Virus record (IMG/VR): IMGVR_UViG_3300027852_000038
Coordinates: 12,016 to 76,015 of that record
DNA length: 64,000 nt
Source: a virus
Reading direction: 5' to 3' (one strand)
A program made the translations under genes and the position numbers. The notes beneath the pieces are model-generated. The model worked only from the letters and a program-made list of their open reading frames with translations. It made no database searches and was not told the origin of the DNA. The first letter of the stretch is position 1. Each line of letters opens with the position of its first letter. Shown in pieces: positions 10,549-21,425 of this stretch.

Positions 10549-10989
10549 TTATGGGGTTAAAGTTTTCTTATTCCAACTCTGTTTGTCTCCTCCAGTCAGT
10601 TGACCTGTAAACTGACTCTTGTCCTGTCTGTATATTTTCGATCTTTCCGAACACCCTGCAAACCAGGGGGTAACTACAGATCCTGGAAAACCATCAAGGG
10701 GAATAATGTCTCCAAAGGCTTTAATCGACAAAGGGCCTGATATATCAGTATCTGAGGTAATCTCAACCCTTATGACTTTCTGAAGATTAAACCCTTGCGC
10801 TGATATAACATAATTGGAACCCATAAAAACTACCATAATACGGCCATCAAAGGAATTAGATATTGACTTAAAAACATCCAATCTATTAATGGCTATCAAC
10901 CGCCCCGTTGCCCGTTCAACTTCGCTTTTTGTAAAAACACCCTCCGTCCAGAAATTAAACAAAATTGACCTGGTCCTATCTTTATTCAT
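10549..10989 (-). CDS. hypothetical protein (146 aa)
   Basis: ORF with GAGGTG RBS; no motif recognised. Confidence 0.55.
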   Translation of the reverse strand: MNKDRTRSILFNFWTEGVFTKSEVERATGRLIAINRLDVFKSISNSFDGRIMVVFMGSNYVISAQGFNLQKVIRVEITSDTDISGPLSIKAFGDIIPLDGFPGSVVTPWFAGCSERSKIYRQDKSQFTGQLTGGDKQSWNKKTLTP

Positions 10990-11003
10990 TCCACACCTCT
11001 GAA

Positions 11004-12836
11004 TTATTCTTTAATCAAAGTTTCAAAGAAAAAGGGACCTGCTGGCAAATTCAAACTTCCCACCACCACTTTACCATCAGCCGTTCTTCTTGTGGCCGTT
11101 ACATCTATATGCTCGTTCCCATCTACGTCCTTACCATGTTTCAACAAGGCGTAGGGAAGTTGGAAAGGAAAGCCATTGACTTTATATGAATCCTCATAAC
11201 CCCATTCGTCCCAATCCTCTTCTGTTTCTGTTATATCTAAATCCTTCCCATTCCATAAATTCACATGAACTTGGAATCCTACTTTGTCTGGAGCGATGTG
11301 TGCTTTTGACACACCTCGACCAACTATAAAATTATTATAATATGTATGTATGCCTTGATCTATTGGATACCCTGAAACAGTGATCCACGTTCCAGAACAC
11401 CACCACCGAAAAGTCTTGCGTGATTGCCACTCATTTCCATCAGTTAATTTTGACCCGCCAAAAGTTTGTAGTGTTTTTGAGCCGCCTTGTGTATAAGATA
11501 AAATATAACTTGTCCAAACTTGCACTTCATCTTCACAACTTACACTATGACCGCAAGCACTGGAACCCATTACAGAAAGTTCCCCACAAACACCACTATC
11601 ATATGAATCAACCACAAAGAAAGAACCCGGACAGGCATCACCACAAGCAACCAAAGCCCCAACCAACCTCCAACAATTGATTGATTGCTGCTCAACCCCT
11701 ATGCATTCAGTAATAGATGGATCAGTTACCTCTGTCCAGGGATAAAAATCCAACTCCCCGGTTTTTTCATCGATGGCAGCAAAAACAGCCGCCTCTTCTG
11801 TGAGCGTGATACTTTCAGTTGACATATCAACTTCATAAAATTCACCGATGCCTTGAAGGGTCCCATAAAATACGTTTGTATATGCCCAGTAAGCCTTCTT
11901 TTTAGTGCAACCTAAAAGATGGCAATGATGCTCAGGAATTATATTGGGTGGATGTCTGGTAGCAAAATACGCCCTTACATCAACGTGTAAAACCTCAATT
12001 TCACTGTCTGGGTCTGAAACTTTCGCCACATACATTGTTTGTTCCACATCACCTATACAACTGACAAAGGTATCATTTCCCTCTTTCCAGATATCAAAGG
12101 CTTTATAGACAGCAGATTGATTGCCCATATGATCGGTGTGAGTAATCCGGTTACTTAATCCATCCGGGGGGAACATTGATTGACCGTCAACCGTCAGTCT
12201 TTTTCCCAAATGATCCACCGATAAATACCAACGAGGGGGAGACATAGCTTCCTCAACCTCTACCGCTATGGCTGTATAATCATCATACGTTTTAGAGTAG
12301 GAGTTAAAACAGTTAAACGCCCCATGTGAAGACGAATTGCGCCCGGTATTACATAATCCATTCATCGCACAAGTAAGACTGTCCCAGTATTCAGGATCAA
12401 GTGACCAATCCTTGACATGATATTGACTATACATACGCCGGGAAGAATCTTCATGATCACAAATTACAGGGTTCCCCTCATGGTCAAAACAAAAAATTGG
12501 ATCCCACATGAAAAGTAAATTTTTACCACAAGGCTTTAAGCCATCCTGAAAAGCAATGATTTTTAAATAGTCAGCCCCTGGAGCAACCCCACCGCCCACT
12601 TTAGTATTAAGAATAAAGACTTTATCACCCTCATTGAATGCCTTTGACCCGCCTTCTGTTGTTGCCTCTTCCGGGCAATGGTAAAATATTTCAATATCTT
12701 CTATCTCACCAATGCCATCTATATCAACGGTGGCGGTATCATTTTCGTAATCAACTTCAACGATTTCACCCTTGAGAACAGATGAATCAGCTATTTTGAT
12801 AAAATCATGAGGTGTGTCCCAATTTATTGTCGTCAT
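11004..12836 (-). CDS. Cys-rich putative tail-tip protein with N-terminal OB-fold-like segment
   Basis: KGEIVEVDYENDTATVDI...AFNEGDKVFIL resembles spike OB folds; position in the tail block. Confidence 0.45.
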   Translation of the reverse strand: MTTINWDTPHDFIKIADSSVLKGEIVEVDYENDTATVDIDGIGEIEDIEIFYHCPEEATTEGGSKAFNEGDKVFILNTKVGGGVAPGADYLKIIAFQDGLKPCGKNLLFMWDPIFCFDHEGNPVICDHEDSSRRMYSQYHVKDWSLDPEYWDSLTCAMNGLCNTGRNSSSHGAFNCFNSYSKTYDDYTAIAVEVEEAMSPPRWYLSVDHLGKRLTVDGQSMFPPDGLSNRITHTDHMGNQSAVYKAFDIWKEGNDTFVSCIGDVEQTMYVAKVSDPDSEIEVLHVDVRAYFATRHPPNIIPEHHCHLLGCTKKKAYWAYTNVFYGTLQGIGEFYEVDMSTESITLTEEAAVFAAIDEKTGELDFYPWTEVTDPSITECIGVEQQSINCWRLVGALVACGDACPGSFFVVDSYDSGVCGELSVMGSSACGHSVSCEDEVQVWTSYILSYTQGGSKTLQTFGGSKLTDGNEWQSRKTFRWWCSGTWITVSGYPIDQGIHTYYNNFIVGRGVSKAHIAPDKVGFQVHVNLWNGKDLDITETEEDWDEWGYEDSYKVNGFPFQLPYALLKHGKDVDGNEHIDVTATRRTADGKVVVGSLNLPAGPFFFETLIKE

Positions 12837-13624
12837 CCTGTCGGCCCTTTTCCATCAACATTCAGAGGGAAAATTAAAGCTTTTCCACCTTTAAACTCAT
12901 TGCCTTCACACTGATCATTTCTTTGCCAATCACTACAACCCGAACCATTGGGTTTTAACACCTGGACCCAATCACCAACCTTGTATTCAAAAAAATCAGA
13001 AGATTCACATTCATACTCCGCACCTTCTATTTCAACAGAATATTTGATGTCATCTTTTCCGTATTCCCCTATTACAGAAATAACAGTGCCTCCGGTCATA
13101 CAGCAAGTGTAAAAATAAGTATTCGCTACTTGAACTGCTACCGGGCCATCGTATTTCCATTTTAAATATAACATCTCGCCAGGTATAAGCTCCCTGGTGT
13201 CTTTTTCCATGCGCTCAATAATTCTGAGGGCATCTTCTTTATTTTCTGGACAAAGCCCATCCCCGGAATCGGGAAAAGCCATTGTTAATAGGCCATGGTG
13301 CTGCGTGTAAACCTCTGTCATAGTCCAATTACATATCAAAGGATTTGAAAAATGAACGTCAACAAAATTACTCTGCCATGTCCAGTCAACCTCCCAGTGC
13401 AAAGCCCCTTCCCGTTGACCCATACACCACCTGGGAATCTCTAGCGTTTTAACTATACCAGCCGCCACATAAGAAGGATTGATTCCATATTTCTCCGGTA
13501 AAAGGCCGACAGTAACTGCTCCATCAATTTCAGTGTTTCCCCCACATTCAGGGGGTTGATCAAAATACTGAATCCCGTTAACCTGTAGGGGACACATCCA
13601 AGCAGTCACATTTTTTACACTCAT
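12833..13624 (-). CDS. putative tail-tip protein
   Basis: C-terminal GGTVISV...YSVEIEG...YKVGDWVQV OB-like segment; tail block context. Confidence 0.45.
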   Translation of the reverse strand: MSVKNVTAWMCPLQVNGIQYFDQPPECGGNTEIDGAVTVGLLPEKYGINPSYVAAGIVKTLEIPRWCMGQREGALHWEVDWTWQSNFVDVHFSNPLICNWTMTEVYTQHHGLLTMAFPDSGDGLCPENKEDALRIIERMEKDTRELIPGEMLYLKWKYDGPVAVQVANTYFYTCCMTGGTVISVIGEYGKDDIKYSVEIEGAEYECESSDFFEYKVGDWVQVLKPNGSGCSDWQRNDQCEGNEFKGGKALIFPLNVDGKGPTG

Positions 13625-13633
13625 AACAACCCC

Positions 13634-14431
13634 TTAAGCAATAAAACTCCCATTATTAATACTATCTTGGTCTGAAGGCGTATACCCAGCCCTCGTAATT
13701 ATTAAAGTGTAAGTTTGACCCTTGATTAAACGCTCCAATAAAATACGTCCTTCACTGTTTGTCGTTTTAGTTGCATTGTAACCAGGTCCAGACACAACCA
13801 CCAAAGCACCCTCAAGTTTATAATCACTGCAAAAATCTTTAACATATAAATTGACGTCAGTGTATTCAATCCCACCTCCTGGACCGGTTCCAGGTTCAAC
13901 AAAAGGAATTACCAGACTTGAGTAAATGTCATCTTGATTCACTACCAACAGAACCTTATCGGATGAAGGGGAATCGACCCGAATTGAATCATATGTAGTA
14001 TGGTAACTAACTTTTAATAATCCAATAGCCTCTTCCGGTAGTTTTACATTTCTACCCTCAATTATAACATTACTTTCAGGATAAACCCGACCCACCCAAT
14101 TATATTGAGCCGGTAAAAAAGGCATGTAATTTAAAGATTGCTCTTTGGTATTCACAAAAGTTAAAAACTCCTCCACAAAAAGCGGGACATCCTCACCCAC
14201 TTTGGCAGCTTCCCCTAAATTAACTGACAGATTGTAAGGCGTATAAACATCACTGAAATACCGACAAAAAGCAGGTGTGTTAATTACAAATTCAGATTGG
14301 TTATCATTTTTTTCAGAGTCAAGAACTAAAGACGCATTTAAAAAATCTTGTCCCCGGTCTTCCTGCTCCTCTTCCGGCGTTGTAAAGTCAATCAATAAAG
14401 CTTTCTCAGATTTCATGAATTTACCCTTCAA
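13634..14431 (-). CDS. virion protein with C-terminal carboxypeptidase-regulatory-like (transthyretin-like) domain
   Basis: VKDFCSDYKLEGALVVVSG...TTNSEGRI...YTLIITRAGY. Confidence 0.6.
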   Translation of the reverse strand: MKGKFMKSEKALLIDFTTPEEEQEDRGQDFLNASLVLDSEKNDNQSEFVINTPAFCRYFSDVYTPYNLSVNLGEAAKVGEDVPLFVEEFLTFVNTKEQSLNYMPFLPAQYNWVGRVYPESNVIIEGRNVKLPEEAIGLLKVSYHTTYDSIRVDSPSSDKVLLVVNQDDIYSSLVIPFVEPGTGPGGGIEYTDVNLYVKDFCSDYKLEGALVVVSGPGYNATKTTNSEGRILLERLIKGQTYTLIITRAGYTPSDQDSINNGSFIA

Positions 14432-14681
14432 TAATTACAGTTTTTCTTTCTCTTGGTTTAAGCTTATCCCTGCCAACCACTGTAACACCGTCGTCAGTAA
14501 TGGCTAAAATAACTCTATCACCTATATAATATATGTCAGTTTCAATTCCAGTTGTAGCTCTGTAAGTTTTATTACCAACTTTTATCTTTAAACGGCCCCC
14601 GGTCTCCACTTCAGACACTACTCCAATAATCACGGGGGTTTCTTTTTTATCAACGTCTAATAATGATTTTATACCAGGCAT
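14421..14681 (-). CDS. small putative tail-tip protein
   Basis: IGVVSEV...IGDRVILA OB-like pattern; overlaps both neighbours. Confidence 0.45.
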   Translation of the reverse strand: MPGIKSLLDVDKKETPVIIGVVSEVETGGRLKIKVGNKTYRATTGIETDIYYIGDRVILAITDDGVTVVGRDKLKPRERKTVIIEG

Positions 14682-17600
14682 TGCTTAACCTCCATATTAT
14701 TCAGCACCTTTAAACCTTGGATAGAGATTGTCACTTTTTCTAAATGAACATTGCCATAAATTTTTAAACCGGCATCGTCTAAGCTTATTAATTTGCCATC
14801 AACCGCCTCATTTTTATACGGAGCAACTATACTTAATTTTTTAATGTCATATTTACTATTATCTAGATAAGCCTTCCCCCTGATAACCGCCACACTTTCA
14901 GTGACTATGTTAATATCTTGAATTGACGGAGCTTCTTTTACCCCCTCCCCGGTCTGAACTAACACACTTACATTTTCCCCACCACTTATAGCAAGGACAT
15001 ACAATAATTTTTCAATATCATGCTCAGCCACTAAATACCTGTCATAATTTGTGACATATTTTATTTTTGCAATCCTTGAAGCATTCCCGCCGATGATCAA
15101 TTCTTTATTATTTTCTGCATATCCAACACTTCCCCCGGTCATACCAATCCACTCTATAGATATTATAGATTGAATCGGCTTAGCAGTAGACCCTTTTCCG
15201 GATTGAAAAACCACAAATTCTTCTTTTTCTTCGTCAAAATTCCCCAGAAAAGTAACATTTCCTTGAGTAGCATAATAATTCAACGCCTCTTCTGGAGTCC
15301 TGACCGTTTCCCAGTAGGCCCTAACATGGACGCTATCGCCTTGTGGCCGGTTAGATTCTTCGATTTCTAAAGTAGGAAAGATCAAATAATCATTGCCCCC
15401 ATTGACCTCGACTGAATCAAAACCCTTACCTTTTATGACTTGATAATTCAATCCAATAAGATTCTCAATATCAGTATACCAGGCAACCGGTGAAGTGTCA
15501 GCCATTATGTCAACCGGCCGAACCGGGAAACGGTCCCTAACCAATATTGACCCATCATCTTGTGACCTAACTACTGCCCCTATTATTTGAGCTATTTTCT
15601 TAATGATCTGAATTGGAGTTCCTCTTACTTCGAAAACGTCCGGAATGACCCAATCGGAACACTCCCAATCAAGAGCATTTGCAGTCAAAACCCCACCAGC
15701 TACTTCAGATGCTAAAGTGGCCGTATCTAACACAAAGTCAGTTTCACTGCTGTAGGGTAAATCATCAAGTGCGGAAAGACTTCGGCCCCATAATTGAAAT
15801 GAGTATTTATCACCCTTTCGATCTTCCAGCAGAAAGTAAAGAACTCTATTACCGATCTGTAATTCAATTCTTGACTCCCCTTTTCTATCTTCTGGATCAG
15901 CGTCAAATTGCAAATCAATACTGGTTGAAGATATCGAAATAGTGTTGTGTATTTGATTCTCATCATACACCACCGACAGTGATTTAATCTTTCTTTTAAT
16001 CGACTTCCCATCAAGGTAAATTTCCCATGGTATTGATATAGAGTAGGCTTCATGATCTTTAAATCCGAATATGATTTGTTGCAATGAATTAATGTAGGTG
16101 GTTTCTTCCAGGGTATTTAAAATGGCCTGGATAGCCTGGTAAGAATCACCAGATATGACATTTTTTAATTCTTGGATGGCCGCTTTTCCCTCACTTATTT
16201 GATTCTTAATAGTCTGAATTGATTCAAGACCACCACCCATACGCAAGTTTTGTATTTCATTCAATCCCAACTTTATCAAAAAAGCCTGAACATCCATCAT
16301 ACCCAAGGGATTGCCGATTGTTTCAATCCCCCTTGCCGGATCTGTTATAATTGCAGAAATATCCTGTATATACCTCATTGCACCAATTTTTAAATATATA
16401 TCTTGCTTTTCCTGGAGTCCAAAAGGAACAGGCACGGCCTTAATTGATTCAAGGCCCATCGACGCTATGAGTCCTTCTGGTGCTTGAATTTCTTTGACCC
16501 GGTTCCTTAAAGATGAAACATATTTTAAATCTGCAACTTTGATAAGATAATTAAATACAGACTCAAAGCCTAACCCATTAGAAGACATCTGGATGCTTAA
16601 ATTTACCGGGTTGGACAGTTTGTTTAACGTATCTCTCCATGCACTGTTATCCACCTTCACCCATTCAGGAGAATGAGCTACTTTAGATAGCCGCCATTCA
16701 TCGGCATAATACCAGGTGTCAGTTCCTTGCCAAACCCCATCATACCAGATGCCGGAAATTCTAATTTGTTCACCTGAAATTCTCATCTCTTCGTTATGCT
16801 CTACCGTAGATCCCATCTGAACGCCGTCTCTATAAGCTTTTAACTCTCCGGCTACCCGGTCATAAGTTCCTACGTATGTTTGCCAACTGTGATAGGTCCA
16901 ATCAAAGTCGTCTACCCCAGCATAAATCATTTCATCGGAGGTCTGTTTCAATAATCCAAATTTCCAGTTTTTTACTCCGTCAACGCCATCACCATAAGAA
17001 TTAAAATCCCATGAAGGTAGGTCTGTTCCATCAGGTCCACCTTTCGACGCCCACGAATAAAGATCTGTTCCACCGCCACTATTATCTATCATCGTATACA
17101 TAAGACATTCAACAGACATAGCTTGTTTTATTTCAAGTTCGGAAGAATTAGCAATGGCGCCATAACCGCTATCCTGTAGATAAATATAGTAACCCATCTC
17201 ACCTTCGTCACATTCTTCCCAGGGATTATTTCTCATATGTAAATCCCCGGTTATATTATATTTTGATGAGTCAAAAAGAACCTCTTGAGTAGCATATTCA
17301 TTATTTCCGTTAACTACCCAACTGTAATGGAATACTCTTAAATAATAGTCATTCCAAACACGTTTACACGGGGTTTCCCCACGTCTTCCAATATAATAAT
17401 CATTACGCTCGCCGGTTGGTCTTATATAGATATCTATTTTCATGCCTGATATTGCCAACATTTTTGGGACACGGGTATGGATTACCGCCTTTGAAGAGTC
17501 ACCGTTCCAATAACCTATCTCTCCATACAATTCCTGTTTTATATTATTCATTTTAGCAACTAGAGCGAGCCGGGCAGATCCCGGATGATTGTTTAATACC

Positions 17601-19069
17601 CATCCAATAGAACCCGCTGAATTAACTACTAAATCATAAAACTTAAATTTAGTAGTAGGCTTATTGTCCCAAAGCCCATTCCTCACCCATATTTCCATAT
17701 CAGTATTTTCAAAATTAGCATCTGTAAAAGTCCCAACTTGGGACCAGGCGGACCCACTCCAACGATATCCCTTTAACACGCTTCCCGCTCGCGTAATTCG
17801 TAACTTACCAGAAGTATCAGAACTCCCAGAGCTTCCGGTAGTTGACCAAGAGCCATTAAACACTTTATTAAATTCATACCGCCTTCCGCCGGAATATATT
17901 AAACCCATAATAGCAGCATCTGTATAATGCCTACCTTGAGCACAACGCGCCCAAATACCACAACGCCAACTATTAGTATCAGGATAGGTCAACAAGTCAA
18001 AAGATACCTGGACATCAAAATCACCTTTTAAAAGATACTTAGATTCAATCCGTGGACCTGTAGCTGTGGAAGAGGAGGCCGCCATTTCCAATTTACCACC
18101 ATCAAAATAAATATTATCCGGATCAGACATATTCCACAAATCTTCTGTAGGCTTATCCCCATCCGACCCGTCTAAATCATCTGATATTTCAGCAATCGTA
18201 TTCCACGGAGCATTTAACTTGTCGAAAAACTCGGAGCCGTCATAATTAGAAGTACCACAGCTATCATTAATATGAATTGCAAGTGGATAATCGTCAAGAT
18301 CTGTATCTATTTGGGTGGGGTCTGGTACAACTGTTATCTGCTTTTCCCATCCCCCGGCTACGAATAGCTGGCCATACATCTCATCAGCAATCGTATCCAT
18401 ATCAGCGGTGTCAAGATACCGATTAAATATCACTACTCCATCAATTAACCCGTCGCAGCACTCGCCGTCGAGGTTTCCCCCGATAGACCATTCAGCAGAA
18501 GTTATAGATGGCTCATTAGAAAAAAAACCATTTTCATCATCACCTAGTTGGGCCAGGTCTCCATCAAGAATGTGTATTCTAAACTCTTTTGTAATTCCAT
18601 TTAAGGCTATACATACAAAATACCATTCATTTAGAGTGAGCGCACTTTCATGACCTTTAGTCTCCGTCCCTACTCCCCCGTTGTATCCAATTCCAATTCT
18701 TATTTCAATCCCATTAGTATAAACCATGAAAGATCTTTTATTAGCACCGCCAAACCATTTTCCAAATATAATATCATTCACACCAAGAACAGTAGGTCTA
18801 TACCACCCACATACAGTGACAATCTTGTTATCCTCACCATATTTAAACGGGAACCCGGAAACTAACGAAGAATCATCAACCGATAAATATTGAGCAAAGG
18901 TAGAGTCAAATTCAGCGGACCTGTTCCCCACCTTACTGACTAAACTTTGTGTAGCTCCATTCGTATTGACAAGGGTCTGGCTATTAATGCCATCAATAAG
19001 AAAAGCATCATATTCAAAATTCCAATACCCTTTCGCCGCCGGATCTGTTGTGAATACATTTTCACTCAT
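14669..19069 (-). CDS. Large tail/baseplate protein with LamG (concanavalin-like) and DUF2341-like domains
   Basis: GYWNFE...KVGNRSAEFD...NEWYFVCI...GLIDGVVIFNRYL (LamG); QITVVPD...DDYPLAI and IKVDNS-like SPEWVKVD (DUF2341-like); C-terminal hub-like region. Confidence 0.75.
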   Translation of the reverse strand: MSENVFTTDPAAKGYWNFEYDAFLIDGINSQTLVNTNGATQSLVSKVGNRSAEFDSTFAQYLSVDDSSLVSGFPFKYGEDNKIVTVCGWYRPTVLGVNDIIFGKWFGGANKRSFMVYTNGIEIRIGIGYNGGVGTETKGHESALTLNEWYFVCIALNGITKEFRIHILDGDLAQLGDDENGFFSNEPSITSAEWSIGGNLDGECCDGLIDGVVIFNRYLDTADMDTIADEMYGQLFVAGGWEKQITVVPDPTQIDTDLDDYPLAIHINDSCGTSNYDGSEFFDKLNAPWNTIAEISDDLDGSDGDKPTEDLWNMSDPDNIYFDGGKLEMAASSSTATGPRIESKYLLKGDFDVQVSFDLLTYPDTNSWRCGIWARCAQGRHYTDAAIMGLIYSGGRRYEFNKVFNGSWSTTGSSGSSDTSGKLRITRAGSVLKGYRWSGSAWSQVGTFTDANFENTDMEIWVRNGLWDNKPTTKFKFYDLVVNSAGSIGWVLNNHPGSARLALVAKMNNIKQELYGEIGYWNGDSSKAVIHTRVPKMLAISGMKIDIYIRPTGERNDYYIGRRGETPCKRVWNDYYLRVFHYSWVVNGNNEYATQEVLFDSSKYNITGDLHMRNNPWEECDEGEMGYYIYLQDSGYGAIANSSELEIKQAMSVECLMYTMIDNSGGGTDLYSWASKGGPDGTDLPSWDFNSYGDGVDGVKNWKFGLLKQTSDEMIYAGVDDFDWTYHSWQTYVGTYDRVAGELKAYRDGVQMGSTVEHNEEMRISGEQIRISGIWYDGVWQGTDTWYYADEWRLSKVAHSPEWVKVDNSAWRDTLNKLSNPVNLSIQMSSNGLGFESVFNYLIKVADLKYVSSLRNRVKEIQAPEGLIASMGLESIKAVPVPFGLQEKQDIYLKIGAMRYIQDISAIITDPARGIETIGNPLGMMDVQAFLIKLGLNEIQNLRMGGGLESIQTIKNQISEGKAAIQELKNVISGDSYQAIQAILNTLEETTYINSLQQIIFGFKDHEAYSISIPWEIYLDGKSIKRKIKSLSVVYDENQIHNTISISSTSIDLQFDADPEDRKGESRIELQIGNRVLYFLLEDRKGDKYSFQLWGRSLSALDDLPYSSETDFVLDTATLASEVAGGVLTANALDWECSDWVIPDVFEVRGTPIQIIKKIAQIIGAVVRSQDDGSILVRDRFPVRPVDIMADTSPVAWYTDIENLIGLNYQVIKGKGFDSVEVNGGNDYLIFPTLEIEESNRPQGDSVHVRAYWETVRTPEEALNYYATQGNVTFLGNFDEEKEEFVVFQSGKGSTAKPIQSIISIEWIGMTGGSVGYAENNKELIIGGNASRIAKIKYVTNYDRYLVAEHDIEKLLYVLAISGGENVSVLVQTGEGVKEAPSIQDINIVTESVAVIRGKAYLDNSKYDIKKLSIVAPYKNEAVDGKLISLDDAGLKIYGNVHLEKVTISIQGLKVLNNMEVKQCLV

Positions 19070-19342
19070 CTACTCACCTACTTTTTTAAGGGCACGTTTT
19101 AAACTGGCCTTTGATCCTTTTAAACCTGCATCTTTTAACATTTCAATCGCCGCACGAATGCGCTCTTCAACATCACCCTCTTCAAAACCACCCTCACTTT
19201 TTATGAGCAGAGTCTCATGAGTTATTTTACCAATATAACCATTGAGAACCTGACCCACTTCAAAATATTTCTCATTCCCTTTAAAACTCAATAACCATTC
19301 TTCAGCTTCCTCAAAGGTGTCAAACAATCCAAAATCTCTCAC
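19070..19342 (-). CDS. hypothetical protein (90 aa)
   Basis: GTG start with GAGG RBS; abuts the next gene. Confidence 0.55.
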   Translation of the reverse strand: MRDFGLFDTFEEAEEWLLSFKGNEKYFEVGQVLNGYIGKITHETLLIKSEGGFEEGDVEERIRAAIEMLKDAGLKGSKASLKRALKKVGE

Positions 19343-19390
19343 ATCAACCTCACAAATAATATGTTATCTTCCATTTATTTATTTAACCTC

Positions 19391-19720
19391 TCACAGTTTA
19401 GACCGATCATCAAGCCTCGGAAAGTGCCTGGTATATTCTAAAAGAGTAAGACAACCCCATGCAGCATGTGCAAGGTGGTGAAGGCCCGACTCACTATCAT
19501 ATCTTTCCCCACCCCAGAAACTCCATAAATGTCTCATCAAAGCGGCGAAAACTCTACCCCAGGACATTCCCTTTTCCCAGTTTCTAAAAGGGTGGCCCTT
19601 CCCCTCTTTACCGGCACCCTCAACTCCATAAGTGTATACGGCCACAAGCTCCTTAAGTGCCCGGGGTGGAACAAGATCAAACCTTAACTTCCCTAAATCG
19701 TTTTTGACACCGCCTTCCAT
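19391..19720 (-). CDS. DUF5664 / dATP-dGTP diphosphohydrolase N-terminal-domain protein
   Basis: KNDLGKLRFDLVP, YGxxKY-like segment, NWEKG, AALMRHL, DSESGLHHLAHAA; likely start MEGGVK at 19720. Confidence 0.85.
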   Translation of the reverse strand: MEGGVKNDLGKLRFDLVPPRALKELVAVYTYGVEGAGKEGKGHPFRNWEKGMSWGRVFAALMRHLWSFWGGERYDSESGLHHLAHAAWGCLTLLEYTRHFPRLDDRSKL

Positions 19721-19988
19721 TTTAACCCTTTCAATTTTGACTAAAAATACCAGAAAATTAGCACGGATCACCTTGCAGCATTCGTCCCGTTTAGTTTTGT
19801 ATGCACACCAATAATTCTAGTATTCTGATTTGAAATCTTTGCACTATCTTTTAATACGAGAAACCTTAAAAATTTTTGAATCTCATATTGGCGTTAAATT
19901 GATTTGCCCCTTGTCAGTATAGTTAGGGACTAAATTAATAATTAAAATTAAGAGAAGTTTGACACATCAGGTTTTGAATTGATCTGTT

Positions 19989-21404
19989 TTATTCAGCATA
20001 CCAGCCCAGAACAAATAGATTGTCTGGGTCTTGTGCTGTTAGTGCCGGGACAACCTCTTTCAGCCAAATTGGGAAGGCTGCGGGATCAGTATGAAATTCA
20101 ATTTTTTCACTGTCCGCCCAAGTCCCGCCCCACCCGGTCCCGGTGAGGGTAAAGTAAGGTTGGCCTGTATTAGGATTAATAGGGGAAAAGGTCACACCGA
20201 CTGTTCCTGATCCAATCGCTCCTGCATTTGTTCCAGCAGCTGAAAAAGTAGTTCCACCCCCGGTGAGTGTCAGGGTGAAATCATCTTCTTCAGTTCCATC
20301 ATTAAACATCAGGACCGGATAGCCCGATTCATCGTAGGTTCCGCTTGCGGAAGTCTCAACCCAACTATCCATTGACGGGGTAATCTCACCACCGTCTAAA
20401 CAGCCAGCTCCATACGTGTTGTTATTAGCGGCGGTGTAACTGTTTGCAACTGTATTTTCCAGGGTGACAACGACCTGATTACCCGTGTAAGCAAAGCAAT
20501 TTTCTTTATAATCGATGGTCACATTTGTTCCCGTCGCCACCACTGAGGTCCAGGTGATTTGAGTGGTCCAGGCGCCGGTTGCCATATTCAATTCTCCAGC
20601 ACTGCAATCCCCGGAACATACACCATCTTTATCAATACTAACAATCTGGGCTCCAGCTGTAACTTCCGGTAATGAATCTGGTTGCCGACAAATCCCATTA
20701 GTGATATTGGTTAAGGTTGATAAAGTAGGAGCAGTGGTGTCATCCCCGGCCCCAATGACTTCCCCCACATAAGCGTTATCGGCAATATCAAGCCACTCTT
20801 CTTTCGTGGTGGCTTCCAGGGTCATAACCTTATTAGATCCCACATACAGCCCATAAGGATATTCTATATCAACACTGGCCGTTCTCTTTACCCATTCCCC
20901 TCCGGAATATTCCACACTATCACCAACCCTAACCCCGATGGCTATAGTTTGACTGGTTTTAAACTTATCGGTAAGATGTAAAACCCCACCATTCAAGAAT
21001 CGAAAATCATTATTTTCCATCAAAAGAGTGACAGTCCCATCCCCGGCGGTTATATCAGCCGCCAAAGATCCTACCCCAAGTAGAATAGGGGAATAATCAG
21101 CAAGATCACCCTGAACGTCAATTTGAGAACCCTCCCCGATATAAAAACGATCATCAGCATTAGAAGGATATTCTGGATAAACCAGCATACCATATCCAAT
21201 ATCGTCGTCAGCATTTTCATTGGCCCAAAATTCTTTACGCCACCGGGTAACTCCGTTTATTCTTTCTGACTTGGTAACCCTGGGGAATAAATTATGTCTA
21301 ACCCCGGACACAACTTCAACCTGACCCTTACGGCCTCCATTGCTTGAAGCGTCATTAACCATTACGCTCTTTCTAAACTTGATATCACTTACATTTATAC
21401 TCAT
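19989..21404 (-). CDS. tail/baseplate structural protein
   Basis: Thr/Gly-rich beta protein in the tail block; N-terminal DIKFRKS...NGG and C-terminal PIWLKEVVPA. Confidence 0.6.
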   Translation of the reverse strand: MSINVSDIKFRKSVMVNDASSNGGRKGQVEVVSGVRHNLFPRVTKSERINGVTRWRKEFWANENADDDIGYGMLVYPEYPSNADDRFYIGEGSQIDVQGDLADYSPILLGVGSLAADITAGDGTVTLLMENNDFRFLNGGVLHLTDKFKTSQTIAIGVRVGDSVEYSGGEWVKRTASVDIEYPYGLYVGSNKVMTLEATTKEEWLDIADNAYVGEVIGAGDDTTAPTLSTLTNITNGICRQPDSLPEVTAGAQIVSIDKDGVCSGDCSAGELNMATGAWTTQITWTSVVATGTNVTIDYKENCFAYTGNQVVVTLENTVANSYTAANNNTYGAGCLDGGEITPSMDSWVETSASGTYDESGYPVLMFNDGTEEDDFTLTLTGGGTTFSAAGTNAGAIGSGTVGVTFSPINPNTGQPYFTLTGTGWGGTWADSEKIEFHTDPAAFPIWLKEVVPALTAQDPDNLFVLGWYAE

Positions 21405-21425
21405 TTGCTGGACCCCCTTAATTTT

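Noticed and set aside
4638-19069. Diversity-generating retroelement acting on receptor-binding proteins
   Set aside because: No reverse transcriptase and no TR/VR repeat pair noticed by eye.
19391-19720. Calling a 2-aminoadenine (Z) genome from DUF5664 plus PolA
   Set aside because: No PurZ or HD-type DatZ in the window; DUF5664 alone is not diagnostic.
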